This document shows, in pieces, positions 27,651-36,829 of a stretch of 64,000 bases of DNA (its first letter is position 1; each line of letters begins with the position of its first letter). The translations under genes were made by a program, and so were the position numbers. The notes below the pieces were generated by a model. It was not told the origin of the DNA. It was given only the letters and a program-made list of their open reading frames with translations, and searched no databases. The stretch spans positions 149,731-213,730 of the forward strand of contig CAZERI010000002.1 of NCBI GenBank assembly GCA_964515545.1, read 5' to 3'. Source of the DNA: an uncultured Gammaproteobacteria bacterium. Its GTDB lineage: Bacteria; Patescibacteriota; Microgenomatia; Levybacterales; UBA12049.

Positions 27651-28835
27651 ATGCTTCAGTCAGCAAAAAATTATTTTCATTTATTACAGGCAATTCGGGC
27701 TGTGAGAAAGTATAAGAATCCCTCTCAGAGCTTAACGATAATAGGAGTAACTGGGACTGATGGAAAGACTACTACTGCAAGTCTTATTTACCATATTTTG
27801 AAAGAAGCAGGCTATAAAACAGCTCTCATTTCGACTGTAGCAGCATACATCGAGGATAAGAAATATGACACTGGATTTCACGTCTCGACTCCTGATAGCG
27901 CTACCCTTCAATCATATATCGCAAAAGCCAAAAAAGTCGGTGTAACCCATATTGTGTTGGAGGTAACGTCACACGCTCTTGATCAGCATAGAGTCCATGG
28001 AATTCATTTCGCAATCGGAGTCTTAACGAATATTAGCCATGAGCATTTAGATTATCATAAGACAATGCAACATTATATGCAGGCAAAAGCCAAACTTCTA
28101 GAGAGTTCGGATGTCTCTATTATTAATCGTGATGATGACTCTTATACTTTTATGCAGAATCGTCTAAAAAATAAAAAGGTAATAAGTTATGGTTTGAGCA
28201 ATTTAGCTGACAGCAACCTTTCAAACCATTCTTTTAAAACAAATCTGCCAGGTATATTTAACCAGTCCAATATCTTAGCTGCGTTAACGGTAGCAGATAT
28301 TTTAGAAGTTGATCCTCAGAAAGCTGCCCATGCCATCTCTTCTTTTCACCTTCCTGAAGGGAGAATTGATGTTGTCTACGATAAGGACTTTAAAGTCATT
28401 ATAGATTTTGCACATACGCCGAACGCTCTTAGAAACATTCTGCAGACTCTCAGGGAGACTACTCCTCAGGGAAGGATAATTCATGTCTTTGGCAGTGCAG
28501 GGAAAAGAGATGCAAGCAAGAGACCAGCTATGGGAAAGATTTCTCAAGAGCTTTCTGATATCATCGTCCTAACTTCGGAGGATCCAAGAGATGAGTCACC
28601 TGAAAAAATTGCGGAAGATATCACCTTGGGTATGACAGCCAGCCAGACTAAGCTTTCTTTTATAGCAGATAGACAGGAGGCTATAACTCAGGCGATACGT
28701 CTCGCGGAGAAAGGCGATGTGGTTATTATCACAGGGAAAGGTCATGAAAAATCGATGAATTTAGGCCAGGGAGAAAAAAAATGGAGTGATCATGATGCAG
28801 TAGAGAAAGCCTTAAAAGAATTATGGAAAAATTAA
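27651..28835 (+). CDS. murE: UDP-N-acetylmuramoyl-L-alanyl-D-glutamate--2,6-diaminopimelate (or L-Lys) ligase MurE, short N-terminus
   Basis: Mur ligase P-loop IGVTGTDGKTTT, central DFAHTP and C-terminal LTSEDPRDE (DNPR-like) motifs. Confidence 0.8.
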   Translation: MLQSAKNYFHLLQAIRAVRKYKNPSQSLTIIGVTGTDGKTTTASLIYHILKEAGYKTALISTVAAYIEDKKYDTGFHVSTPDSATLQSYIAKAKKVGVTHIVLEVTSHALDQHRVHGIHFAIGVLTNISHEHLDYHKTMQHYMQAKAKLLESSDVSIINRDDDSYTFMQNRLKNKKVISYGLSNLADSNLSNHSFKTNLPGIFNQSNILAALTVADILEVDPQKAAHAISSFHLPEGRIDVVYDKDFKVIIDFAHTPNALRNILQTLRETTPQGRIIHVFGSAGKRDASKRPAMGKISQELSDIIVLTSEDPRDESPEKIAEDITLGMTASQTKLSFIADRQEAITQAIRLAEKGDVVIITGKGHEKSMNLGQGEKKWSDHDAVEKALKELWKN

Positions 28836-30241
28836 GGAAAATTCATTTTGTAGGAATAAAGGGGGTCGGTATGACGCCTTTAGCGATTATTGCTAAAGAA
28901 GCAGGTATAGAAGTCTCAGGGAGTGATGTAGCAGAGAGATTTATTACCGATGCTGCTCTTAAGAAAGCGGGAATCTACCCTCAGGAAGGATTTATTCCGG
29001 AACATATTACATCAAATATTCAGCTAGTCATAACCACCGGAGCGCATGGTGGGTATGAGAATGTCGAAGTAATCAAAGCCCGTGAACTCTCAATTCCTGT
29101 TATAACCGCAGGAGAGGCTGTTGGGGAATTCATGCAGGGGGATATCTTAGGCAGGAAATTTCAAGGAATTTCCATCACAGGATCACATGGTAAAACTACC
29201 ACGACTGCTATGCTCACCACAATTTTTCAAGAAAATAACTTAGACCCATCATATTTGATCGGAACAGGCAGTTTTGGAGATTCCTTGCCGGGACATTTTG
29301 GTAAGGGGGATTATTTTATAGCTGAAGCAGATGAGTACGCGACTGAGCCGAAGCATAATCATAAGGCACGCTTCCTGTGGCAGCATCCCTCTATGGCTCT
29401 CTTTACTAATATTGAGCATGATCATCCCGATATCTATCCTACTATGGAAAGTATCGTTAAGGTATTTGAAGAATTTGCATTACTTATCCCTCATAATGGA
29501 GTGTTGGTAGGGAATGGAGATAATCCTTATGTCACAAAAATTTTTCAAAAAATGTCCTGCCAGACTATCACTTTTGGCCTATCTCCAAAGAATGACTACG
29601 TAATTGATCGAGTGCATATTTCAAGCAGCCAGACTTTTTTTCGTGCCCATACTAATGAAATTGATTTAGGCGAATTTAGGTTGTCAGTGACAGGGGAACA
29701 TAACGCGCTTAATGCACTTGGAGCTGCAGTTCTTGCGTTAGAGGCTGGCCTTCCCCTTGAGAAAATTAAATCTTCACTTGCGGTATATACCGGATCAAAA
29801 AGGAGACTTGAGTATAGAGGACAACTAACAACAGGAGCGTATGTATTTGATGATTATGCCCATCATCCGACCGAGATTAAAGCTACTCTTAAGTCACTTC
29901 GCCAGCGCTTCCCTCAGTCAACTCTGATTGCTGTCTTTCAGCCACATACCTATACTCGTACCAAGACGCTCCTTGAGGAATTCGTAAAGTCATTTGATGA
30001 TGCTCATAATGTTATTATTACTGATATTTTTGCATCAGCTAGAGAAGTTAAAGATGAGACAGTCTCTTCAAAGCTTCTTCTGCAGAAGCTTGCTACCCGT
30101 CATCCTGCAGCTTTATATATTCCTTCTCCTGAAATGGCAGTGGAGCTTCTTTTAAAAGAGAGACTTAAAGATAATGTGGTAGTTGTTTTTATGGGAGCGG
30201 GAGATATCTATCAGGCTATTGATTTATTGTCTTTTAAATAG
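28823..30241 (+). CDS. murC: UDP-N-acetylmuramate--L-alanine ligase MurC
   Basis: IHFVGIKGVGMTPLA N-terminal MurC signature. P-loop ITGSHGKTTTT. C-terminal Mur ligase domain. Confidence 0.85.
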   Translation: MEKLRKIHFVGIKGVGMTPLAIIAKEAGIEVSGSDVAERFITDAALKKAGIYPQEGFIPEHITSNIQLVITTGAHGGYENVEVIKARELSIPVITAGEAVGEFMQGDILGRKFQGISITGSHGKTTTTAMLTTIFQENNLDPSYLIGTGSFGDSLPGHFGKGDYFIAEADEYATEPKHNHKARFLWQHPSMALFTNIEHDHPDIYPTMESIVKVFEEFALLIPHNGVLVGNGDNPYVTKIFQKMSCQTITFGLSPKNDYVIDRVHISSSQTFFRAHTNEIDLGEFRLSVTGEHNALNALGAAVLALEAGLPLEKIKSSLAVYTGSKRRLEYRGQLTTGAYVFDDYAHHPTEIKATLKSLRQRFPQSTLIAVFQPHTYTRTKTLLEEFVKSFDDAHNVIITDIFASAREVKDETVSSKLLLQKLATRHPAALYIPSPEMAVELLLKERLKDNVVVVFMGAGDIYQAIDLLSFK

Positions 30242-30255
30242 GGCAAAATGGTATA

Positions 30256-31602
30256 ATGCAGACGATGGACAAGTACATAATCACAGGCGGAAATGTCTTA
30301 AAGGGAGAAGTAAGAGCCAGCGGTGCTAAGAATGCAGCCCTTAAAGCATTAGTAGCAGCCTGTCTTACTGATGAAGAAGTAATAATTAAAAATGTTCCCG
30401 AGATTGCTGATGTCTATGTAATGCTTGAGATCATGAAAGAACTCGGAGCAAAGGTGAGTTTTACTGATCACACAGTCCGCGTCCAGATGCAGGATTTTGT
30501 CACCCATAAGCTTTCACTGGAAAAAGCAGCACAAGCAAGAACTTCTTCTATGTTCATCGCTCCTCTTTTAGCACGATATAAAGAAGCTATTGTCCCTAAT
30601 CCTGGTGGTTGCAGATTAGGCGCTCGGCCTATTGATCGGACAATCGAGGGAATTGTTCATATGAATGCTCATATCCATTACGACAGTGATGATGGCTATT
30701 TCCATGCGAAGACCGTAGGGCTGCAGGGGATTGATTACACCTTTACCAAGAATACTCATACCGGTACTGAGACGCTCATCTTAGCTGCAGCTTTAGCAGA
30801 AGGGACAACTGTCCTGCATAATGCAGCAGAGGAACCTGAGATTGATGACTTGATAGGGTTGATTAATGCCATGGGTGGGAACGTAGAGCGGACCAATGCG
30901 AGAGAAATTACTATCGTGGGAGCAAAAAAACTCCATGGTGCATCATATACCATTAGCCCTGATCGGAATGAAGTAGTTACATTTGCTATTATGGCCTATG
31001 TTACTAAAGGTGATGTTTTTGTGAGAGATGCCCAAAAGGTAGACTTACAGGCATTCTACGAAAAATTAGATCAAGCAGGAGCATCCTATGAAAAAAAAGA
31101 AGATGGAGTAAGATTCTATTACGAAAAACCGCTGCAGGCAGTGAGTGTAGAAACCGCGATTTATCCGGGATTTATGACTGATTGGCAGGCACCATGGGCA
31201 GTCTTAATGACGCAAGCGATTGGAGAATCTATTGTCCATGAGACAGTATTTGAAAATAAATTATCATATATCAATGATTTAAAGAAGATGGGAGCAGCGG
31301 TGACGCTTTTTAATCCTGAAGTTGCCGATCCTGAGAAAGTGTATAACTTTAATCTAGAAGATAATGATCCGTCTTTTTTTCATGCAGTTAAGATTGTCGG
31401 CCCTAAACCACTTCATAATGCTGTGGTCATGATGGCAGATATCAGAGCGGGGGCTGCTGTAGTTCTGGCAGCGTTGTGCGCAAGCGGTGAAAGTTATATC
31501 TTAGATGTTCAGAAGCTGGACCGTGGGTATGAGCATTTTGAAGAAAGAATCCAAGCTCTTGGAGCGAGTATTAAGCGTGTTCGGGGTGAAGAAGTATTAT
31601 GA
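30256..31602 (+). CDS. murA: UDP-N-acetylglucosamine 1-carboxyvinyltransferase MurA
   Basis: YIITGGNVLKGEVRASGAKNAALK. EPSP-synthase fold, about 448 aa. Confidence 0.9.
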   Translation: MQTMDKYIITGGNVLKGEVRASGAKNAALKALVAACLTDEEVIIKNVPEIADVYVMLEIMKELGAKVSFTDHTVRVQMQDFVTHKLSLEKAAQARTSSMFIAPLLARYKEAIVPNPGGCRLGARPIDRTIEGIVHMNAHIHYDSDDGYFHAKTVGLQGIDYTFTKNTHTGTETLILAAALAEGTTVLHNAAEEPEIDDLIGLINAMGGNVERTNAREITIVGAKKLHGASYTISPDRNEVVTFAIMAYVTKGDVFVRDAQKVDLQAFYEKLDQAGASYEKKEDGVRFYYEKPLQAVSVETAIYPGFMTDWQAPWAVLMTQAIGESIVHETVFENKLSYINDLKKMGAAVTLFNPEVADPEKVYNFNLEDNDPSFFHAVKIVGPKPLHNAVVMMADIRAGAAVVLAALCASGESYILDVQKLDRGYEHFEERIQALGASIKRVRGEEVL

Positions 31603-32360
31603 CATCGTCTCAAGTCGGAGCAATTATTCTAGCAGCAGGGAAGGGGAAGCGAATGCAGAGTATCTCCATGAACAAAACTGCCTCTCTTCTTGGCAACAAA
31701 CCTATGATTCAGCATATTGTTGAATTTATGCAGAAAATATCTATTGGGCAAATAATTATAGTAGTAGGTTTTGCGAAGGAATCAGTAGAGAAAGCTTTAG
31801 AGGGATTTAATGTGACATATGCAGAGCAGACAGAACAATTAGGAACTGGTCACGCTGTTAAGGAAGCAATGAGAGAACTGCATCCTCAGATAAAAGATGT
31901 CTTAGTTGTCTATGGTGATGATGCAGTACTTTATAATAGTAACAACTCTCAAGTTGTTGCTGACTTGATTAGAAAACATCAGTCAGAAGGTAATTCAGTA
32001 ACGTTCCTTACTATTGAGCAGGATGATCCTACTGGCCTGGGAAGAATTATCCGCGATGAGAAGGGGGAGGCACTAGGAATTGTTGAGGAGAAAAATGCCA
32101 GCGATGAACAAAGAAAAATCACTGAAATAAATCCTGGCTGTTTTGTCTTTAGTGTGGAGTTCTTGAAAAAGTATATAAAGAGTATTGAAAAAAATGAGGT
32201 ATCAGGAGAGTATTACTTAACTGATCTGGTAGATATTGCTCGGACTAACCAGCTAAAGATGAATACAGTAAAAGGCGGTAAGCTGCTATGGCGAGGAGTT
32301 AATACTCCTGAAGAGTTACAGACTGCTCAAAAAATGATGGGAGAAATACTGCATGGATAA
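31599..32360 (+). CDS. stand-alone GlmU-N-like sugar-1-phosphate uridylyltransferase domain (UDP-GlcNAc pyrophosphorylase) lacking the LbetaH acetyltransferase domain
   Basis: AIILAAGKGKRM and EQTEQLGTGHAV motifs of the GlmU N-terminal domain. Only 253 aa, with no hexapeptide repeats. Confidence 0.7.
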   Translation: MTSSQVGAIILAAGKGKRMQSISMNKTASLLGNKPMIQHIVEFMQKISIGQIIIVVGFAKESVEKALEGFNVTYAEQTEQLGTGHAVKEAMRELHPQIKDVLVVYGDDAVLYNSNNSQVVADLIRKHQSEGNSVTFLTIEQDDPTGLGRIIRDEKGEALGIVEEKNASDEQRKITEINPGCFVFSVEFLKKYIKSIEKNEVSGEYYLTDLVDIARTNQLKMNTVKGGKLLWRGVNTPEELQTAQKMMGEILHG

Positions 32361-32787
32361 TATCGAATTTAAAAAAGTTCTGGAATTTACTCCTGAAATT
32401 GGGAAAGCTATACGGGATCTTACTGATCAGCTGGATAAAAACCACCAAGAGCTTTCGGATACTGATATAAGAGACATGATAGAGAATCCAGGGACTCATC
32501 TTCTAATCGCAAAAGATGCAGAACATATCGTTGGGATGATAACACTCATCGTGTATAGAATTCCTTTTAAGATGAAAGCTCAGCTGGAAGATTTTATTAT
32601 TGATGAAAGTATGCGGGGTAAAGGACTGGGAACTAAATTACTCCAATTTTCTATAGATGAGGCCAAAAAAGCCGGAGTGAAGTCCCTTAACCTGACATCC
32701 CGTCCCATCCGTGAGTCAGCAAATCTCCTCTATCAAAAAATGGGATTTCAAAAACGTGATACCAATGTGTATAGGATGGAACTATGA
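32353..32787 (+). CDS. GNAT family N-acetyltransferase
   Basis: Acetyl-CoA binding motif RGKGLGTKLLQFSIDEAKKAGV (Q/RxxGxG/A). 144 aa. Confidence 0.8.
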   Translation: MDNIEFKKVLEFTPEIGKAIRDLTDQLDKNHQELSDTDIRDMIENPGTHLLIAKDAEHIVGMITLIVYRIPFKMKAQLEDFIIDESMRGKGLGTKLLQFSIDEAKKAGVKSLNLTSRPIRESANLLYQKMGFQKRDTNVYRMEL

Positions 32788-33458
32788 CAAGTACCTTTCA
32801 AGAGAAAAAAGTACTTTTATTAGACATTGATCATACACTTTTTGATACCCGCCTTTATACAAATCTTTGCTACCAGGAAATCTTTACCTATACTGGTAGC
32901 TCAGATAAAGAAGAATTTATCAGGGTATGTAATCAATTGTACGCAGAACAAAGGAAAGTAGGTCCTTTTACTACTTCTCAGTTTATAGATAGCTTATATG
33001 TGGTTTTTCCTATCCAGACAAAGAGAAGCACTTTAGAAAAAATATTTGCAGATGAAACAATAATTAGAAAAGCTCTTTATCCTGATACTGAAGAAACACT
33101 TCAGAAATTATCTCAACGAAAGGATCTCCTCATAGGTGTTTTCTCGACAGGTCCTCTCCATCATCAAAGATCTAAAATAAATTCACTTCTTAGTTATTTT
33201 CACCAAGAGCATATTCATATCAATGAGGCAGATAAGATAAAAGATATCCCTTCGATCCTTGAAAGACATAAGGAGAGGAAGGTCTATGTTGTTGATGATT
33301 TAGCAAAAGTATTACATAATTTCAAAGCAAAAAATGATAGTATAATTACGATCCTTATAGAGAGAGACGTTATTTTGACAAAAGATCAGGTACTGGATTT
33401 TGAGCCTGATTATAGAGTAAAATCGCTTGACGAAATAATACAGATCATAAATATGTAG
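32784..33458 (+). CDS. HAD-superfamily hydrolase/phosphotransferase
   Basis: Motif I LLLDIDHTLFDT (DxDxT). About 224 aa Rossmannoid. Specificity unknown. Confidence 0.6.
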   Translation: MTSTFQEKKVLLLDIDHTLFDTRLYTNLCYQEIFTYTGSSDKEEFIRVCNQLYAEQRKVGPFTTSQFIDSLYVVFPIQTKRSTLEKIFADETIIRKALYPDTEETLQKLSQRKDLLIGVFSTGPLHHQRSKINSLLSYFHQEHIHINEADKIKDIPSILERHKERKVYVVDDLAKVLHNFKAKNDSIITILIERDVILTKDQVLDFEPDYRVKSLDEIIQIINM

Positions 33459-33474
33459 TTATTTTGGTAACCAT

Positions 33475-35235
33475 ATGTGTGGAATATTTGGATATATCGG
33501 TACTAGAACAGACGCTCCAGAGATAGTCTTGGATGGATTAAAACTCTTGGAATATCGTGGATATGATTCCTGGGGTATCGCTGCTAAGGTCGATAAGACT
33601 ATCGAGGTTGATAAGCATGTGGGTAAGATTGGTAATGCTACTATTAACTTCCCTCCTAGCAGTCTGAGTATTGGGCATACCCGTTGGGCAACCCATGGTG
33701 GTGTTACTGATATCAATGCTCACCCTCACCTCGACTGCACCAGACAGATTGCAGTAATACATAATGGAATTATAGAAAATTTTGAAGAGATAAAAGAAGA
33801 ATTACTACAGAAAGGACATACCTTTATTTCCGAAACTGACACTGAAGTAGTTCCTCACCTTATTGAGGAGCATCTTAAAACACAGGGGTTTGCACATGCA
33901 TTTAGGAATGCTTTTAATCGACTTCATGGGCTGAATGCGATAGTGGTCGCCTATGCACCCTCTAAAGAAATCATGGCAGCCAAGACTGGTTCACCGCTTG
34001 TTTTAGGTATTGGCGATGAAGAACTTTTCCTCGCGTCTGATTCTGCAGGAATTATTCCTCATACCAGAAAGCTAATCTTTATGAAAGACGGAGAGATGGC
34101 AATCTTAGGGAAGAAGCTGCAGCTTATTGCATTGAAAACCGGGGATCAGATTGAACCAGTAATAGAGGAAGTAAATTGGAAAGTAGAAGATGTGCAAAAA
34201 GGCGAGTACGACCATTTCATGCTCAAAGAAATGCATGAGCAGTCACAAATTGTCCGCAATATTGCAAGTACATATGACGATCAAGTGAGAGATATGGCTG
34301 CATTGATAAAAAATGCGTATGGTACTTATTTTATTGGCGCTGGCACTGCCTATCATGCAACTTTAGCAGGAACCTATCTTTTCTCAAAAATTGCTAAGAA
34401 GCATGTTAATACGTCACTTGCCTCAGAATTTAATTATCTTGAGGACTTTTTAACAGATAGGAGTTTAGTTATCCCTTTATCTCAGTCGGGGGAGACAATT
34501 GACGTTATTGAGCCTCTTACTCGGGCTAAAGAAAAAGGGAGTAAGATTGCAGCTCTTGTTAATGTCCTCGGCTCAACAATTTATCGCATGGCTGATAAAA
34601 AAATTCTTATTGGTGCTGGTCCAGAAAAAGCAGTCGCATCTACGAAAGCCTATATTGCTAAGTTAAGTGTGCTTATCCAGCTTGCTTATGCTCTTAGTGG
34701 CGAGTTAGAAGAGGGAAAGAAAGTTTTGGAAAAGGCTGCAGGCGAAATAGATAAAATACTTGGTGAAGACATGAAACAAACTATTGATACGATAGCTGAT
34801 GTCCTTTTAGATGCTGAGCATATCTATACTGTTGGGCGCGGATTATCATTTGCTACTTCTTTGGAGGCAGCATTAAAAATAAAAGAAATTAGCTACATTC
34901 ATACTGAAGGACTTGCAGGAGGAGAACTTAAGCATGGCCCGATAGCTCTTATTTCTCAGGGCACACCATGTATTGTATTCGCTCCAAGTGATGAAACGTA
35001 TTCTGCAATGATCTCCAATGCACGCGAAATTAAAGCTAGGGGAGGAGTAATCATAGGCGTTGGATCGAAAAAAGAGGAAGTATATGATCACTTCATCAAA
35101 GTAGGAGACTGCGGTGCAGCATCATTAATTGCACAAATTGTCCCTATGCAGTATCTTGCTTATAAATTGGCAGTAAAGAAAAATTTGGATCCTGACAAAC
35201 CCCGTAATCTAGCAAAAAGCGTTACGGTAAAGTGA
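33475..35235 (+). CDS. glmS: glutamine--fructose-6-phosphate aminotransferase GlmS
   Basis: MCGIFGYIG Ntn start, two SIS domains and C-terminal KSVTVK. 586 aa. Confidence 0.95.
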   Translation: MCGIFGYIGTRTDAPEIVLDGLKLLEYRGYDSWGIAAKVDKTIEVDKHVGKIGNATINFPPSSLSIGHTRWATHGGVTDINAHPHLDCTRQIAVIHNGIIENFEEIKEELLQKGHTFISETDTEVVPHLIEEHLKTQGFAHAFRNAFNRLHGLNAIVVAYAPSKEIMAAKTGSPLVLGIGDEELFLASDSAGIIPHTRKLIFMKDGEMAILGKKLQLIALKTGDQIEPVIEEVNWKVEDVQKGEYDHFMLKEMHEQSQIVRNIASTYDDQVRDMAALIKNAYGTYFIGAGTAYHATLAGTYLFSKIAKKHVNTSLASEFNYLEDFLTDRSLVIPLSQSGETIDVIEPLTRAKEKGSKIAALVNVLGSTIYRMADKKILIGAGPEKAVASTKAYIAKLSVLIQLAYALSGELEEGKKVLEKAAGEIDKILGEDMKQTIDTIADVLLDAEHIYTVGRGLSFATSLEAALKIKEISYIHTEGLAGGELKHGPIALISQGTPCIVFAPSDETYSAMISNAREIKARGGVIIGVGSKKEEVYDHFIKVGDCGAASLIAQIVPMQYLAYKLAVKKNLDPDKPRNLAKSVTVK

Positions 35236-35264
35236 TGTAGTAGTTAGCGTCTGCTCTTTTACAT

Positions 35265-36824
35265 ATGCGAATGGATGGAATGTATATTTTTACATCGGTG
35301 GCTTTTTTTATCTGGGCACTGCGCTCGATTTCCTATTGGATTAATCAGTGGCAGAGGTTATCTAGTGGAACACTTCAAGTAAGGTCTCCATTCAAATATG
35401 TAGTAAAAACATTTTTTTCGCCCTTTTCAGTTATTAGCTGGACGGGAGTTATTTTTGCTTTTTATATAACTATCGTAGATCTACCCCTCATTTACTACGA
35501 ATCTTTTATATTCTTTATATTTATTTTCAAAGCGGTATTTACTCTTATTGATCTTGGAGGAGGTAGGGTAACTCTTCCCCGATTTACCTGGCAGAACAGT
35601 ATTATTAGCTGTCTGGCAGTTATTTTAACAGCTGTTGTAATTGCCCTTCCTCTAACTGAAAGGTATTTGTGGCTTTTGTTAGTCGATAGAATGCTTTTTC
35701 TTTTTGTTGCATTACCTGTCTTTCTTATTTTATTTCCTAGTGAAATTTTGGATGATATTCAGTTAAGAAGAGCAGAACAGCTAATCAGAAAATTAAGAAG
35801 AATTAAGCCTGTTTTTATTCTTGGAGAGAATGCTACAGAGACAGCTTATTTTATGCAGCAGACTATCAGAAAGAAAAGGACTGTAATTGTAATAGAAGGT
35901 CCATTTATGAGGCCCGGATTTATAGCTAAGTCTATTATAAAAAATACTACCCCCAAAACAGATTTTATTTTCATTGTTATTCCGAAAATACACCTATCAT
36001 TACTTAATACTATAGCGAGAATAGTTCCGCCGGCTTTTGTTATTTTTTTGGATAAAGATCCAAAAGTATTTCAGAAAACAATAAAAGTACTTGATCCTTC
36101 TATTTCTAAAAATACCTCTCTTATTATGGATCAGGCAGTAAAAAATACAGCTGCTAGTAAGAGAAGAAACGTCTTCTCATTTGATGCACAAATTGGAGGA
36201 TCTCAGAAAAGTGATATTGCTCTGCTTTCATTCATGCAGAAAAAAGATGAACTGCAGATTTCCCTACGTCTTGATAGAGAAATGCAGATAAAAATTCCTG
36301 TTATTGGCAGCCATCATCTGCTTTACCTTCTTCCAGGGTTTCTTTTCGCTCATTTAATTGGATTTACGGAAGAAGAGCTGATAGCAGTTCAGAATTATAA
36401 CAGCCCAATGCCTGGAAGATTGGTAGGGCATATACTTCATTCAGGAATTGTCATTATTGATGCTACCCGTATCAAACAAAAAACTGAGGTAAGTGGCTCT
36501 CTTGAATACTTAAAAATTTATCATAAGAAAAAAATTGTGGTCTTTGGTATAGATGATGAGTTGAGTGCAGATGAGATAAAATCTCTTAAGACAGAATTCT
36601 CCCAGCCTACTTTGGTAATAGTCTTGAGACAGAAATACCAGCAGCTTATCAGAAGGCTTGTTCGTGTCGGTACAGGGAAATCAGAGGTAAAATTCAGTAA
36701 CGAGGAAGGAGTCCTTCAGCTCGTTTTAGATGAGTTAGGAAAAGGAGATGTAGTTCTTCTTATCGGTAAAGATGCAGAAGCGTTAGTCGAATCAATTTTG
36801 CTGTCCTCGCGAACACTTAGGTAA
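35265..36824 (+). CDS. MurF-like Mur-ligase homologue with degenerate ATP-binding loop and an N-terminal polytopic membrane domain (putative pseudoenzyme)
   Basis: About 170-aa hydrophobic N-terminus (4-5 TM). Then VFILGENATET where MurF has ITGSNGKTT (no Lys/Thr of Walker A), a retained VIVIEG (catalytic Glu region), IGSHHLLYLLPGFLFAHLIG...PMPGRL (MurF middle/C-domain-like) and VVFGIDDEL. Sits exactly where murF normally precedes mraY. Confidence 0.45.
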   Translation: MRMDGMYIFTSVAFFIWALRSISYWINQWQRLSSGTLQVRSPFKYVVKTFFSPFSVISWTGVIFAFYITIVDLPLIYYESFIFFIFIFKAVFTLIDLGGGRVTLPRFTWQNSIISCLAVILTAVVIALPLTERYLWLLLVDRMLFLFVALPVFLILFPSEILDDIQLRRAEQLIRKLRRIKPVFILGENATETAYFMQQTIRKKRTVIVIEGPFMRPGFIAKSIIKNTTPKTDFIFIVIPKIHLSLLNTIARIVPPAFVIFLDKDPKVFQKTIKVLDPSISKNTSLIMDQAVKNTAASKRRNVFSFDAQIGGSQKSDIALLSFMQKKDELQISLRLDREMQIKIPVIGSHHLLYLLPGFLFAHLIGFTEEELIAVQNYNSPMPGRLVGHILHSGIVIIDATRIKQKTEVSGSLEYLKIYHKKKIVVFGIDDELSADEIKSLKTEFSQPTLVIVLRQKYQQLIRRLVRVGTGKSEVKFSNEEGVLQLVLDELGKGDVVLLIGKDAEALVESILLSSRTLR

Positions 36825-36829
36825 TTTGA

